64,000 nt of DNA, from positions 868,001 to 932,000 of the forward strand of contig JAYWIR010000010.1 of the NCBI GenBank assembly GCA_036172245.1, in the 5' to 3' direction. How positions within the stretch are numbered: position 1 is the first letter of the stretch; each line of letters opens with the position of its first letter. The notes under the pieces were generated by a model. It searched no databases. It saw nothing but the letters and a program-made list of their open reading frames with translations, and was not told the DNA's origin. This document shows positions 25,800 to 38,185 of this stretch, in pieces. A program made the position numbers and the translations under genes. This DNA is from Raillietiella orientalis. Its lineage: Eukaryota.

Positions 25800-26430
25800 C
25801 GGCGGTCTATATTTAGCACTCTGCCGCGGACGGCCAACAGCCTCTACGCGGGGCCAGCCAGCCAATCGCTGAGGGTCGCGCGAGTTCCTCCTCATCTCGT
25901 CGGGAGGGCTTCCTGCTCAGAGGGAGGGAGCGAGGAGGGAAAGGGGGGAGGAAATAGGGAGGGGGGGGGTGAAAGCCGTTCGTGATTCGGCAAGGCGGCG
26001 CTAATCTCCGCGTCCATCTGCTCAGCCGCCTATTAGTGGACGGTAGATGAGGGCGATTACCGGCCGGCCTCTCGCGGGCCGGCCTCTCCACGGCGAGATC
26101 ACGAGCGCCCCGGACCGCCGGGTCTCTGACGCGCCTTCACCAGGTGAAGGGGAGGATAATTAAAGAGGGAGAAGTTCGGGGAAAGCGGCCAGGAGGCCAG
26201 CACGACCCTCCCTGAGTCTCTCACTGGCTGACCGGGTCCATGGCAGTGCCCACCGCCTCTGAAGGCGGCTATTAGGAGCCGCCTTCAGCGGTGGTCGCGG
26301 CGATGGGGGAGGTGGAGGCTCCAGGCGAGCGGACGGGGCGAAATTGCCGAGGGGCGCGGCGCTTCGCCCACGCGTCCCGAGTTCCTGCACCGGGGAGAGG
26401 AAGATGGTGCTTATTAGCGGGCAATTAGGT
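25800..26430 (-). promoter_or_regulatory. Putative Pol II promoter/proximal enhancer
   Basis: TAAATATA on the minus strand at 25808-25815, AGCCAATC at 25860-25867, G-rich tract, TAATCT at 26002, E-box CATCTG at 26015-26020, and clustered TAAT/ATTA cores up to ~26430, in sequence with no recognisable TE similarity. Confidence 0.4.
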
Positions 26431-27436
26431 GCCCCGGGTCGCATCTTGCATGGTCCCGCTGCTCCTCGAGACCTCCTCAGGGGTGGTCTTTGAGACGGAA
26501 GGCGGAGGATGCGCACCGTTTATGGCCCGCGTGGGGCCGCTCGACCGGGCGCGTTCCCACGACGCGCCGTCACACTCCCCGCGGCGGTGGCGGCGCCCGG
26601 CGACCCGACCCGATGCCACCCCATGCGAGGGCGGAAGACGGGATGGCGAGCAGCGTCCGGGAGCAAAGCGCTGCAGCCTTCGTTCTCCCGCAAGGGGAGG
26701 TGGTCCCCGCGGAAAGAGTCCCGCAAGAGGGACGTGGATTCTGGGTGAAGCTTCGGAGGCGGAGTTCATCACCTGCCTCGGGATCTTCGGCTCCCGGGTC
26801 TGCTCTTGTAGCGGTGAGAGCGAGGAAACTCTCTTGAGGTGCCCTCTGGGCATTTCTGCCTCCCTGGTTCGGGATCCTCCCTCAGGGGGATGCAGAGGGG
26901 GAGCAAAGTTACCTTCCGTTCCAGAGTCCTCTGCGAGGTCCGATGGTGCCAAAAAGATTGCGAATCAGGGGCACTCCTTTCTCGATCCCGTCCTCAGTTC
27001 CAGGAGGTGATGCTGGAGGGAAGGCCCTCTTCCCACGGCGCATGAGTCTTTCCTGAGCACCTGCAGACACGCTCTTTACGGCCACTTCTCAAGAGATGAC
27101 CTCCCGTAATGGAGCTGCCGTTGGCTCGATGCGGGATGGATCTTTGCACCTTCGCACTTCGTTCCTTGAAGATGGTTTCCCACCCGATTCCTCACCTCGA
27201 TCGCATCTTCAGGAAGCAGAATATTCTGGGCCGGCAGAAATCCCACTCACGCCCCCTCCGAAGAGAGCGAAATCCGCCAGCGCCATGCGCACTGCAGTGC
27301 GCGCCGGGTCCCGCACGCGGCTCCGAAAGGCAGCCGCCATGTTCCAGACGATCAACATATTTTCGGGATGCAGCGTTCAAAGGGGATCTCCGAGTGACAC
27401 TTCGCGCGCGATATAAACTTTCTAAATATAACGTCA

Positions 27437-27832
27437 GATGAAAAAAAGGAAAGGAAAGAGCATGTGGAAGGCGTGGTATGCGTCTCGGGATAAGGATGAA
27501 GATGGGGATGAGAAAAGGGAGGAAAGTAACGGTGATGAAGAGAGCGAAGGGGGAAAGGAAAGGAAAGAAAGAGGAGAAAGGTGGGGGGAAGAGGGGGAAA
27601 GGAGGAGGAAAGGAGAAGGAAGAAGAGGAAAGGAAGGAAGGGGAAGGAAAGAAGGGAAGAGGGGGAAAGGAAGGAGGAAGAGGAGGAACAAAGGAGAAGG
27701 GAAAAGAGGAAAGGTAGGAAGAAGGAGAAGAGGAAAGGAAGTAGGAGGAAGGAAGAGCGAAGGAGAGGAAGGGAGAAGGAGGGAGAAGGGAGTAAAGGAA
27801 GAGTAGGAAGGGAGGAGGAAGAGGAAAGAAAG
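27437..27832 (+). repeat. Polypurine (GA-rich) low-complexity tract
   Basis: About 400 bp, almost entirely A/G on the plus strand. Confidence 0.9.
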
Positions 27833-29399
27833 GATCTCCCTTGGGCACCGCAAAATGGAGGGGAGAAGCTCGAAGGCTGCGGGCGGCGCTCAGTCTGTCC
27901 CTCCCCGTGTGCGCCTGCTCCTGTTTGGCGGGTGCGCATCAGCTTACCGGCTTCACCCCTTTTTGCGAAGCCGGAGATCCTTCCAGGGAGTTCGGGCGCG
28001 GCACCTCGCCCGCAGGCGCAGCAGTCATCCTGCAGGCTTTCCCTGATCGCCCCTCTGTAGGCTTCGCTTCGCCCTTTGCCTGGCGCTCTTCCTGGAGCGG
28101 CCTTGGGAGGTGGTCGCCGTGCTGGCGGGAGCGGGAACTGGCGGCCCTGGCGGCTCGTCATCCCCCCCAAGGAAGAATGCGGCAGCGGGTCGCTCTCGGA
28201 TGGAGAAGACTCTTCCTCGAGGGCACGACCGCGTCCGCTGAGCAGGATGAGGGCCGGCGCTACACGTTCTCCTGGGGGAAGGTGGGGATGGTCCGTGCGG
28301 TACGCTCCCTCCCGCCCGGCCCGCAGTTCCGGGGGTCCGTCCCGCTCGCGGGGAAGAGGAGAGGGAAAACCCCGGGGGACGTGCTCGAGGCGCCATGCTC
28401 CGGTTCGGAAGACACCCGCGGTGGCTCCGTTCCAGGGAATCTGGGACGCGGCGCATGAATAATCCCGCGGCTCATCGGAACGATCACTCATTGCCCAAAT
28501 GAAAAATCTTGCTGAGCCCCCGCGAGGAGCGCCGGGCGGCCCCTCCTGCGGAACCGTGTGATCCCCGTCATTCCTCTTTTGATGAACCGTGCGCAGCATC
28601 CTCCTCCTGATCTCTGGTGACTTTCGAAGTGATGCATCGGTTCTTCCAGGTGGGAATTTAATTTTCATTGAGACGTGGATATCATGACAGCATGGACTCC
28701 ACCTGTCGTCAAGGGAACGGCGGCTGGGTTCCGCGAAATACGTGCGATCAATCAAAAGGTTCCTCCCTGGCCGCTAATCAGGGCGGCGGTACTGCGGGGT
28801 TCCGGGCGGGTGCTGCTAATTGCCCTTTCCCGCCGCCCCGCGGGCGCAAACAAAGTCGCCTCCGCCGCTACTCCTCCTGCGCGGCGGGCGAGGAGGAGAA
28901 GGAGGCACGCTCGGTGGACCGCGGACCCGGGCCTCCACGAGAAGAGGTGGGACGCGCGCGCACCCCGGCAACGTCGGCTGCTCTCACCATCCGAGGGCGA
29001 TCCGTACACCCGATTCCCCGCTCCCGGGCAGCATGCGAATGCGCCACTCCTCGTTGCCTCTTCCTGCTGCCGCTGCTGCTACTCCGCGTCCGCCGCATCT
29101 CTCGGCATGGGCGTCGCCGCCTACTTGCCGGTGCGACCAATCACCTTTCACTGGCGCAAGATCGAGGGAGGAGGAGAGGGCCGCTCTCGGGGAGGCAGGC
29201 TGCGAACGGGGACACATGCAAGTAATCCCTCGCTTCGGTCGCAGAAGCAGAAAGGACATCGAGGGGGAAAGGAAGCGCTGGAGAGGGGGACGAGCGGGAT
29301 GGTAGCGGTGCTGGAGAAACCGCCACCGGGTCCCCACGAGCGCCGCCGACGCCGATCCTACTTCTGGAGAGAACCCCGGGCTCCACCTGCCGGGGTTCT

Positions 29400-30915
29400 C
29401 CCAGAGCAGTTTCGCGAGCGCGGTGTTCCTCCGAGAGCTAGGAGGGCAGCGAGGGACTTCTCCTGACTGGGGCTCGCAGCCACCGCTTTCGCGTTGGGGT
29501 CAGCCGGAGCCGCGTCGCCACCATGCTCGGCTGCATGGCGTTGCAGGTGGTGGGACGGAAGGACTGTTTGTTGCCGGTTCTTCGGCAGCTTGGAGGGTGA
29601 GGGGAGCCGGCTGGTCCCGACACCCATCGGCATCCCCTTTGAGCTCCCAAGCCGATTAGCCGCCCCCGGGAACGGAGGCGCGGTTTTCCGAGTCGGCCGC
29701 TCCCTGTTGAGCGTCGACTTTGTGCAGAGTCGTTTCTCCGAGGGAACACGCCCTCCCTTGTGGGCTCGGATGCCGGAACTCGTCCCGGCTCGCGATCCAG
29801 GCGGGTCACGGGCGAAATTCCACCCTATGGATTCACGCCTGCCCGCATGCAGCCGGATCCGAAGAAACCTTCTCCGGGATCCCTTCCTTCCAGGAGCGCA
29901 GCTCCGCAGGAGAAATCCCTCGGAGCTTCGAGTTGGGCACCGTCGGTGAGCGCAGTAGCCACCCTCGCGTGGACGCGGCGCATCTCTCCGCACCGAGGAC
30001 TGCTCTCGCGAGTCGTTCGCCCATCTTCGCCTCGAGGCTGGCGCGTTTCGGCCGTGGCGCGGGAAGATGGTAAACGTGGGGTCTCAGCGGTGCGAAGAAG
30101 TCGAGAGAAGAGACCGTTTCTTTGGAGAGACCGGCTGCCGGCTCGGACCTTAGACACGACTCCTACTTCCGTTGCCATACGGATGCCCCGCAACCCATGG
30201 TCTCAGCTCCCGAAGTCTCTTGGAAAAGACTCCTGTCTGCCTCGAGACGGGAAGAATGCCACCGTCTTTCCCTCATGGGAAACCCGAGGATCTGCTGCGA
30301 TTTCATTCTCTCAGCCTCCGCTGGTGGGCGACCGCACCAGGCTCTGCAGGCCCTTTCGAGCACCTCTCCTTGGATGATGAGGACTGGTGTAGAGGAGCAC
30401 CCTTCGGCTGCTTGCAAAGGCTGACCCGCCGCTCCGACAGCAGCATTCCCGCTGCAGCAGAGATGGTCATGTCCTATTCGTTGGGATGACGAAGACATCT
30501 TCCACGCTCCGGGGGTTTCGACGCAATGCCTACCGCCGTCTCTTCACCTGAGGATGATCACCGCAACATCGGGCCGATGATCCCTCCATGACAACGAGCT
30601 GCGTCTCCTGCAACTCTTTTCGCTTGGACAATCTTTTTTCCTTTTTGCGAGTCATTCCTTCGAATGGTAGGTAGGGTTCCTTGGGATACTGCGGGAAACT
30701 CAAGAGTAGCCATTCGAATTGATGGTCCACCCCCAAGCAGGGTGGATGCTGAAAGGGTGAGGCGGCCGTCGAGGCTCAGTTTCCGGTGCTTGATGAGATG
30801 AGGGAGCTCTGCCGCAGGTTCATGAGAGAAATCCAGCTGCAGCCAACTCGCGGTTGCCATGGAAGCGACTTTTTTCCAAAAGCTCGTCCATTCGGAGTCT
30901 CCACTTCCTGCTGCA
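29400..30915 (-). mobile_element. Tx1 ORF1 remnant beginning MATAS at 30860
   Basis: LLSERRVSLCKQPK (~LG.ERG.V.Y.GQPK). The start region is shared with the inverted copy at 31254-31331. Confidence 0.5.
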
Positions 30916-31253
30916 GCATATCTGCGTCAGGAAGAGCGGTCAGCGAGGGATGGAGGGGATGGGAAAGGAAGAGGGAGAGATGGGGAAGGGAATTTTCCAA
31001 CGTTTCCACCTTTTTACTGCTTCACCGTCCACGTGGGACTTCAGTTTCACGGCCGGTATCCCTGTAGTTAGCCCAAGAGATGTCACGGGAGAACTGGAGG
31101 ATACCATCTCGTTCTTGCCATGAGTCTCGTGGTGCAGCAAGAGCCATCAGCGCTTGGCTCTCCCCTAGCAGTTTGTCCTTCCCGTCTCCTAGCATCACCA
31201 TATTCTCTGGGAACGCTGGCGGATTCCCTTTCGCCAGCTGCACTTCGTGAAAA

Positions 31254-31890
31254 TGCAGCAGGAAACGGAAACCCCAAAAGGACCAACTTTCGGAAAAAAG
31301 TGGCTTCCATGGCAACCGCGAGTGGGTTGCACCTCCACCCTGTTTGGGGAGACGAATGCGATCCCGTCGACGAGTGCTCTTGTCGGAGCAGGGGAGCTGG
31401 GAATTGGAGCACCAGCTGCCTGCACTTCCCTTTCCTCGGTTCGCCTGGGCCCCTGCGGGGGCCCATTGAGGCGCTTTCGGAGGAGACAGCCAGCCCTCGT
31501 CCCCTTGCTACAGCGAGTGGGGTGTGAGCAGGCAATTCACGCCGGGCGCCACGGAAGACTCGACGCCGATACGCTGGCCTTCCAGGGTGAAGGGACCTGC
31601 GGCGTCACCCTCGAGAGCAGGACACTTTCCAAGGACACATGTTGCACAGCCAGCCTCCCGCTTGTCGGAGCCGGCATCCGTCCCTCTGGTCAAAAGGGCA
31701 TCCCGCCATCCACGTGCTTTCGAATGCAAAGCTGTCACGCCTGGGGGCGCGCTTGCTGAGCCTTCGGCAGCGCGGTGCCTCGGTCCGGGATCTCCAGCCA
31801 CGGGCTCCTCCTTGTCTTCTGCGGATCCTCGTGGCCCAACTCCACAACCCGAGCCAGCCGCCTCTCCCTGTCCCCCTACTCTGCAGTCCC
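31254..31890 (+). mobile_element. Tx1 ORF1 remnant beginning MATAS (~31309), head-to-head with the previous copy
   Basis: ~78-bp diverged inverted homology to 30838-30915. SGQKGIPPSTCFRMQSCH resembles a zinc knuckle. Confidence 0.5.
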
Positions 31891-33460
31891 TTGCCACCCG
31901 GTTGCTCCAGGACGTTCCGTGCAGTGAATGATCGTACAAAATCGGTGGCAGCACGCTGGATCCCGCCACATCTATCCACCAACGAACCTGCCGACCGGTC
32001 GGCACGCAGACTGGCGAGCATCCCCTCATCAGCAGAGGGGAGAGGACCAAGCAGAAAGAAAATAAATAGAAAAACTCACCTTGGGAGGTTCGGGAAGGGA
32101 TCTCTGTCTACTTTGGGGACGTTCCCTGAATCCATCCAAGGATGTCGCAGACATGTTCAGACAGACGTTCAGTTCATGTTCTCCCCACCCAGAAGGGGCC
32201 ATCTCGTCGCCATCCTCAGGAAGCGGATCGCAATACTCCTGGCGCGTGCCCGTCGTTGTCGTCTCTCTCGACAGAGCCCCGGGCAGCCACGACCCCGAGT
32301 AGGCAGCAGAGAGCTTCTGGGCTGGCGGTAGGGCGTCCCGTATGGAGAGGAGTCTCAAAACGCTTCTGGGGTTGCCGTCAGGGGTTCCTAGGGTCCTGGA
32401 GAAGCGTTCTCACAGGGCCTGTAGGGCAACGGAGTCCACAAGCAGGTGCGGGAGGGTTTCTCGTTCCCCGCACCTGCGACAGTCCGGGTTCACCCTTCCC
32501 AGAGTCCAGTGATGTCAGCTGGCGGTGCACGGGAGAGCCCAATGCAACCTCAGGGTTGCCGACTCCTGCCAATTGAGAGGGAGCTCGTGGGTATCCCGGA
32601 GCACTGTAGACTCCTCGAGGTCCACCCGGCGAATTCCTAGCAGCTCTCCCCGGTGCAAAATTTTCCTTTAGACGTGTCACTCGGCATTAGTCAGCTGTCC
32701 CGTGGTATCCACTGGATGCATCCCCCGACGCTTTCCTTCTGAATTCCAGCTCTCAGAAGACCTCCCATATTTCCGGCAGGTCCTGGGGTCTCCGCAGGTA
32801 AAGTGCGGAAAGGTGTGCGTGCGGGTGGGGAAGAAACGTCCAGTTTTCGGCCTGCAGCCCGCGATACCCCGCTACCGATTCGTCCGAGGGGAGGCGGCGT
32901 CTCGGCTGTAGAAGAAAAAGAACAGATGCAGAAGAGATCGCTTCGAGCGACGACATACTCCCGAAGTACCTGTAGCCGCGGTAGCCATCACATAGAAGGT
33001 CAGCCGTAGGCAGGTTCGACGGTCCGGCATATGCTGCCGCTCTCCCGCGTGCCGATCTCGCTTTCCCGCAGTCCCTCGGCTTCCTCCTGCTTCTTTGATT
33101 AACTCCTGGCGCAATTCCCTCTCCGAGCATGAGCCCTCGAGATTAATCGGCTTCAATCACGCAGCCGCCACGCAACATCTCCTCGGAAACGAAAGGGACA
33201 GATTTCTCGCAGCAAAAAACGCCTGAGAAATGCGGACACGGGTCTCCGCAAAAGACGGGGATTTCGTTCCCGCCGGAAGGTTCGCTCAAAGGTGGTGTCC
33301 GTCCGGGTGCTCCGGAGAGAGAGCTCCCAAAGTCGCGTACGCCTCTGCGAGGTATTTGGAAATTCTTCATCGCCAGCCGAGCGCCACTGGCCAGGCCAAT
33401 GGACACAGGGGGACCGTGCAAGACGCGATCGGCTCATTCTGGTGGAACACCAGAGCCTCT
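31891..33460 (-). mobile_element. 5'-truncated Tx1 copy: RT, CCHC motif and 3' UTR
   Basis: EEMLRGGC (~GVRQGC) and AAAYAG (~YADD). 32400-32580 is homologous to the CCHC region of 23260-23430, and the family 3' terminus appears at ~31891-31920. Confidence 0.75.
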
Positions 33461-33461
33461 G

Positions 33462-34330
33462 TCAGCTCGGTGCCACATCTCTCGAGGTCCAGGTTGCTGG
33501 GAGACTGCTTGCGAGCCGTTTTAGCCATCCCCGGCCTGTAAGCGAGAAAGCGCCTTGCCCTCGGGCATGCCAGATGGCGGCTGCTGTTACGGGAATTTTC
33601 CGTTCCCTGAGATCTCGCCAAGGAGGAAGCCAGCGGAGGAACCGAACCGGTTGCCGAGTCATCACGGAACACTCTGGCAGGACCCACGCTCTCGGCGTGC
33701 GCGCAGGAGGAGCGCCACAGGACTTCCACGAGTGGTCGTCAGGGAGCCCCTTCCAGGTTCCTGGCGCTGGTGTCGCGTGGACGCAGGTGTGAGAGGTGGG
33801 TCCTGAAAGCACCTGGGTGGGGGCGGAAAGGAGGATGCGGAAACTCCCGCGGAGTTCTACTGACTGTCCGGAGCTTCCCGCGGCTGCTCCGCGCCCTCGC
33901 CTCCGAGGTCGCAAACCGGGACGGAGCTGCTGCTGCTGCTGCGTCGGCGGATGTGGCCGCAGAGCACGGTCTCTGAAGAACACAATGGGCTCTTCTTCTC
34001 CGCTTCCGAGATCCGACTTGGATGTGTGGGTTGCTGCACACTGGAGGAAAGAAGTAGGGAAGGGGGGAGGAGTCCTCACCCAGAGGCGGTTTACTTGCAC
34101 AGCTGTCCGTGCAGAACGGTCTGCGGAGCTGGGACGCCGCGCCCGCGTCAAACTTCTGGTGTTTTCCCGGGTGCTAAATTGGGCAGAGGAGACGCCACGG
34201 TCGCTGGCAGGGGACTTTCTTCGTGCGTTCCTCGTTTCGAGAGCTTCTCCTTAGAGGATCCTGACCCCCACTCCACCGACCCGGGCGCGCTTCCTACCCG
34301 GGCAGCTTGACCATGAGATGCATGGCCGCG
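33462..34330 (-). mobile_element. Tx1 ORF1 remnant; 33462-34050 is duplicated in inverted orientation at 55703-56542
   Basis: HPGKHQKFD (~LPG...FDV) and SVMTRQPVRFLRW (~Y.GQP..CFRC). The duplication is directly visible. Confidence 0.6.
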
Positions 34331-35499
34331 AGGAGGTTCTTCTTTTTCCCGCTTTTCTTCTTCGCGACTTGCGCCGAGCCGCAACCGCCACACGTAGGAA
34401 GACCCTGGACTGTCGCAGACGTCCGAGTCGAGGTCGCATCGAGACCCACTCCCGTGTTCATCGTCCAGAAGCCAGCCCATGACCATTTCCTCTCATTCTC
34501 CTCCACCCTCTTCCTCCATTTCCCCTTGGTTCCCTCCCCAGAGAGAGTAGCTGTTTTCGCTCCCGGCCAGGGCGCACGCAGGTCCCCAACTGCATGAATT
34601 TCATTCATCTATTTCAAGTGAGTGCCCGAGGACTGGAACGCATCTCCATCACTGGAATCCCACTGGGACAATCCCTTCCAATAGTTGCATGGGTCAAGGT
34701 TTAACCTTTCGGTCGCAGGAACGTCCAAGGGGGAAACGTCCCCGTCTTCACTTGTCAGCAGTGTCCCCCTGGTGCAGGAGCGCTGAATGCAGCCCCCTCC
34801 AGGGTCCTTAAAGGGCTCGGCAGTTGAAGAGCAGATGTGGGAGCGAACCCCAGTTTCCCATGTTCACTGCGGTGTTACTTAAGGTTTTCCAGGGCTACGG
34901 ACGGAGAGCGCAAGGTCCTGACGCGGATGAGGCGGATCTTGCGCGAAAGGCGGTCAGGACGGCTGCTGGACTCCGGACAGGCGAAGAGGAACGCGGAGTA
35001 CCAGAGTACGCCTGTGCGGGAAGCGACCGCGGCGACCGCGTTTTTCCTCACGGTTGAAAATGTTGGCAACCCTGAGCCTTGAAACGCAAAAATAGACCGC
35101 TGCTCCCTGTGATCTCCTGACAACTTCGCTCACTTTCTAATAGGCGCGGATGACGAAAGCGATGGAATTTTCATAGATCGTTAAACCTGCCTCCGCGGAA
35201 ACCGGGATGTTTCCGTCTTCGCGGGTAACTGCGGCTGCTCTCCCCCCTCTCCCCTCTCTCCTTTCCCCCTCTTCCGCTACCACGGCACCGCAGCGGACCT
35301 TGTGTCGCATGGGAAGAAAAGTGCACGCCTCGTCCATCGAAGCGACTTCATTTGCGTTCCCGCCGGGTCAGGAAGATTTTGGCAACTGGCGAGGGGTTTG
35401 CTCTCTCTCTAGGAAGATCAAGCCCTAAAAGCGAGGGAAGCCTGGGTGCCAAGATTTCCAAAAGAGGTCCTGCGGAAATCGATTCCGACCTCAGAAGAT

Positions 35500-35930
35500 T
35501 GTGATCGATGCTCGAGGACACGCCACGTTGCATTTTGCCGTTAGTGGAGACGTGGACTTTGTGTCCAGCTTTAGGATGAAGAAACCACTCTTTGAAACTC
35601 TTTGGCAAGTGGGCAATACTGGAAACAAAAACAAAAACAAATGGCAATACCGAATACGCGTGCATTCTTTCGTCCTCCTGTTTCTGGCTTTGGATGCTCG
35701 TAAATGAAAGTATGGATTCTTCACGCTCTACAACCTTACCAAAAGAAGAGATGCTTCAAGGGGATGTGGATGAACATTTCAACGCTATCGTTGGTAACTG
35801 ACGCGATGTATAGGCTGCGTACAACGTCTGCTTGTCTTTCAGTTGTTTATCATCCGGTTGTGATCAAGGCGTTTCTTCACGAAAGATGAACAAACCATCC
35901 AGGAACCAGGTTCCCAGACTAAAGAATAAG
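35500..35930 (+). mobile_element. PIF/Harbinger transposase N-terminal remnant
   Basis: DVDFVSSFRMKKPLFETL (~D..F...FRM....F..L), VLLFLALDAR..Y (~L..LATG.SY), DVDEHFNAIV (~IV.EVC.AI). Confidence 0.55.
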
Positions 35931-35949
35931 AAGTTCAATGGGAGGGCTC

Positions 35950-37180
35950 CCGGACACGCCGGTTGCGCACTCTGAAAGTCCGGGATGGGAGGGAGGTGAC
36001 CACAAATTTATATTAAAAAATGCAGAAAAAAAGATATGGTCGAGGACAGAGATCTTCGGCTCCGGACGTTCCTTCTTTTCGGAACTGGCTCTGAATGCCG
36101 GCGATCACCTTCCTCACTACTTCGTTGAGGTGAGACCACCTAGCAGCCGTCATCGTGCTGACATCTGCAACTCTAGTGACCTCCATTGGGACCGCTGGTA
36201 ACTCCGACAGATGGTAGTCTATGACTATGGAGCGGATGCAACTTACCGGGAGGCAGCTCCCCCCCGTCCCCGAACAGACTAAAATCCTTTTCAGTTGTGG
36301 AACACTGAAGAAGACTGGTGCCGCTGTGCTCGCTGCTGCAGCTTGTGAGTCATGCCCCCCGACATGCGACTGATTACCTCCCTCCCTGAGGTGGAAAGTG
36401 TCCTGTCCACCTTCGAAAGAAGATGGAGCTGCCAAGGAAACTTCAGGAGTTCCCAGCTCGAGAGAGCAATCCATGGCTGCTGGAGCACGTGGGGTGCGCG
36501 CATTGGCGCACGACATTCAAGAGCAGATCCCGTGGCTCCCGGCTGGCGGGGCTTCTTCGAAGTCCACACACTCGCGGGAGATAGACAGGAACAGCAGAGG
36601 TAATCACGAGGTACGAATCGCCAGCCGTCCTCCAATTTCCCTGCTCACCTCTAAGCGCGCTCGGGGAAAGCCTTGGAAGAGGGGCCTTCCCAAGTGGGGA
36701 CTTTGGGGTCCAAGAAGGCCTACTCCTTCCAGGAATCCACCGAAACTCCATATCGTAGAGGAACCGTGGTGAATTTTTCTCCAAAAGTATGCAGCAGCGA
36801 CACTTCGGAATGCCTGCTCCAAGGTGCCACTCTTGGAGCGCACTTTGACAGTTCCCCGTAAACTGAAGGATGGAGCGACGGCCGGAAGCTGGGATCCCTG
36901 ATCTGTGCACCATAGAGGAGGCCAAATGTGGTTTCCCCAGCCCCATCCACAGGAACGAAAATTCTGGTCTTTTTCCTCCTACCAGCCTGAAAGCTGTCTG
37001 CTCCAAGCTCAGGTCCGGAGGCTACTCGGTTCGGATATCCCGGATGCTTTTCCTGAAGCCCGAAGGATAGCCTCAAGAAAACCTACCGGTCTCAAGCGGG
37101 TTTGCCGCATCTGTCGATCCGGAAGTGCTCACGGAAATTGCGTCCAGTCATGATCTCTACAAGCAGCAGCTGCTGCCGGG
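35950..37180 (-). mobile_element. Tx1 3' fragment (divergent subfamily)
   Basis: AARWSHL matches the C-terminus of the copy at ~39840, followed by a T-rich post-stop tract at ~36010-36035 on the minus strand. Confidence 0.6.
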
Positions 37181-37292
37181 CTTCGACACCGAGGTGAGTT
37201 CAGACGTAAGCAGACCACCGTCAGTGGAAGGTCACGTGATCATGGTTTGGTCAGTAAGAATTAGGAAATGCAGAATCCAGAACGGTAAGATT

Positions 37293-38185
37293 AGGAAAGG
37301 TGGTGGACCGGTTTCTGGCCAGGACGAAACCAGAGGGAGTCCTGACAGACGTGTGTAGCAACCCCAACGTGAAAACTGGTCGTGAAGGCTGGGCCGTAAG
37401 GGCGAAAGACGAATCGAACCATCTGGTAGCTGCTGATTCTCATAGAAGTTTCCCTCAGGATAGCTGGTGCTAGTGGAAGCGTGAGAGAAAATGGAACGAA
37501 TGATTAGAGGACTTGGGGCCAAAGTGACCTCAACCTATTCTCAAGCTTAGAATGAGTGAGACGACCCGCTTACTCTTCTGAACTCTGAAGTTTGGACTGT
37601 CGGATCCAAGACAACCCAGTAAGTCGGTTTTGGTAAACACAGAGGGTGCTGAGGAATTAACCAAACGTTGGGATACGGCGCACCATGCGATGACCATAAG
37701 ATCTCATGAAAGATATCGGTTGCTATGGACAGCAGGACGGTGGCCATGGAAGTCGGGATCCCCTAAGGATCGTGAGATGAATCATCTGCCGAAGCGACTG
37801 GTCTTTATGATGAGTGGCACTGGAGCGTGGAGCCTGCACCTACACTGCCGGGACTGGGTCGTTCCTGCCTTCCGGACGCGTTCCGGAGGAAGGCAGGTTC
37901 CTCAGGTTCCGGCGAGTAGGAGGGCTGCGAAGGTGCGCTCAGAAGGGTTTGGTCGCGAGCTCGCCTGGAGCCGCCGTCGACACAGATCTTAGTGGTGGTA
38001 GCAAACACTCCAGCGAGATCCTGGAGGTCTCGTGGAAGAGGGATCCATGACAACAGCTTTTGAGTGCGGTCCAGCCGATCCTGAGTCCCCAGAGGGATCC
38101 GTCGCTCAATGCGGGTGGCAGCGCCTCGCTGCGTTCGAACAGCGCGCGAATCGGGACGAAAGGGAATCCGGCTGATCCTCGGCAT
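37293..38185 (+). pseudogene. Degenerate 28S (LSU) rRNA fragment
   Basis: Colinear LSU cores: gggcgaaagac.aatcgaaccatct.gtagctg, gaagtttccctcaggatagctgg, cgaatgattagagg, ctcaacctattctcaa, acagcaggacggtggccatggaagtcgg, gagtaggagggc, cagatctt.gtggt.gtagcaaa, cgaaagggaatccgg. It carries many substitutions and indels. Confidence 0.95.

Noticed and set aside
27352..28755. Longest ORF (467 aa) and overlapping ORFs
   Set aside because: They are open because of the GA/CT low-complexity tract and high GC; no recognisable domain.
30850..30870. cggttgccatggaagc as a third 28S fragment
   Set aside because: The match is too short and is better explained as the ORF1 start region shared with ~31300-31320.
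37293..38185. Functional rRNA gene
   Set aside because: It is partial, mutated in universally conserved positions, and lacks 18S/5.8S context.
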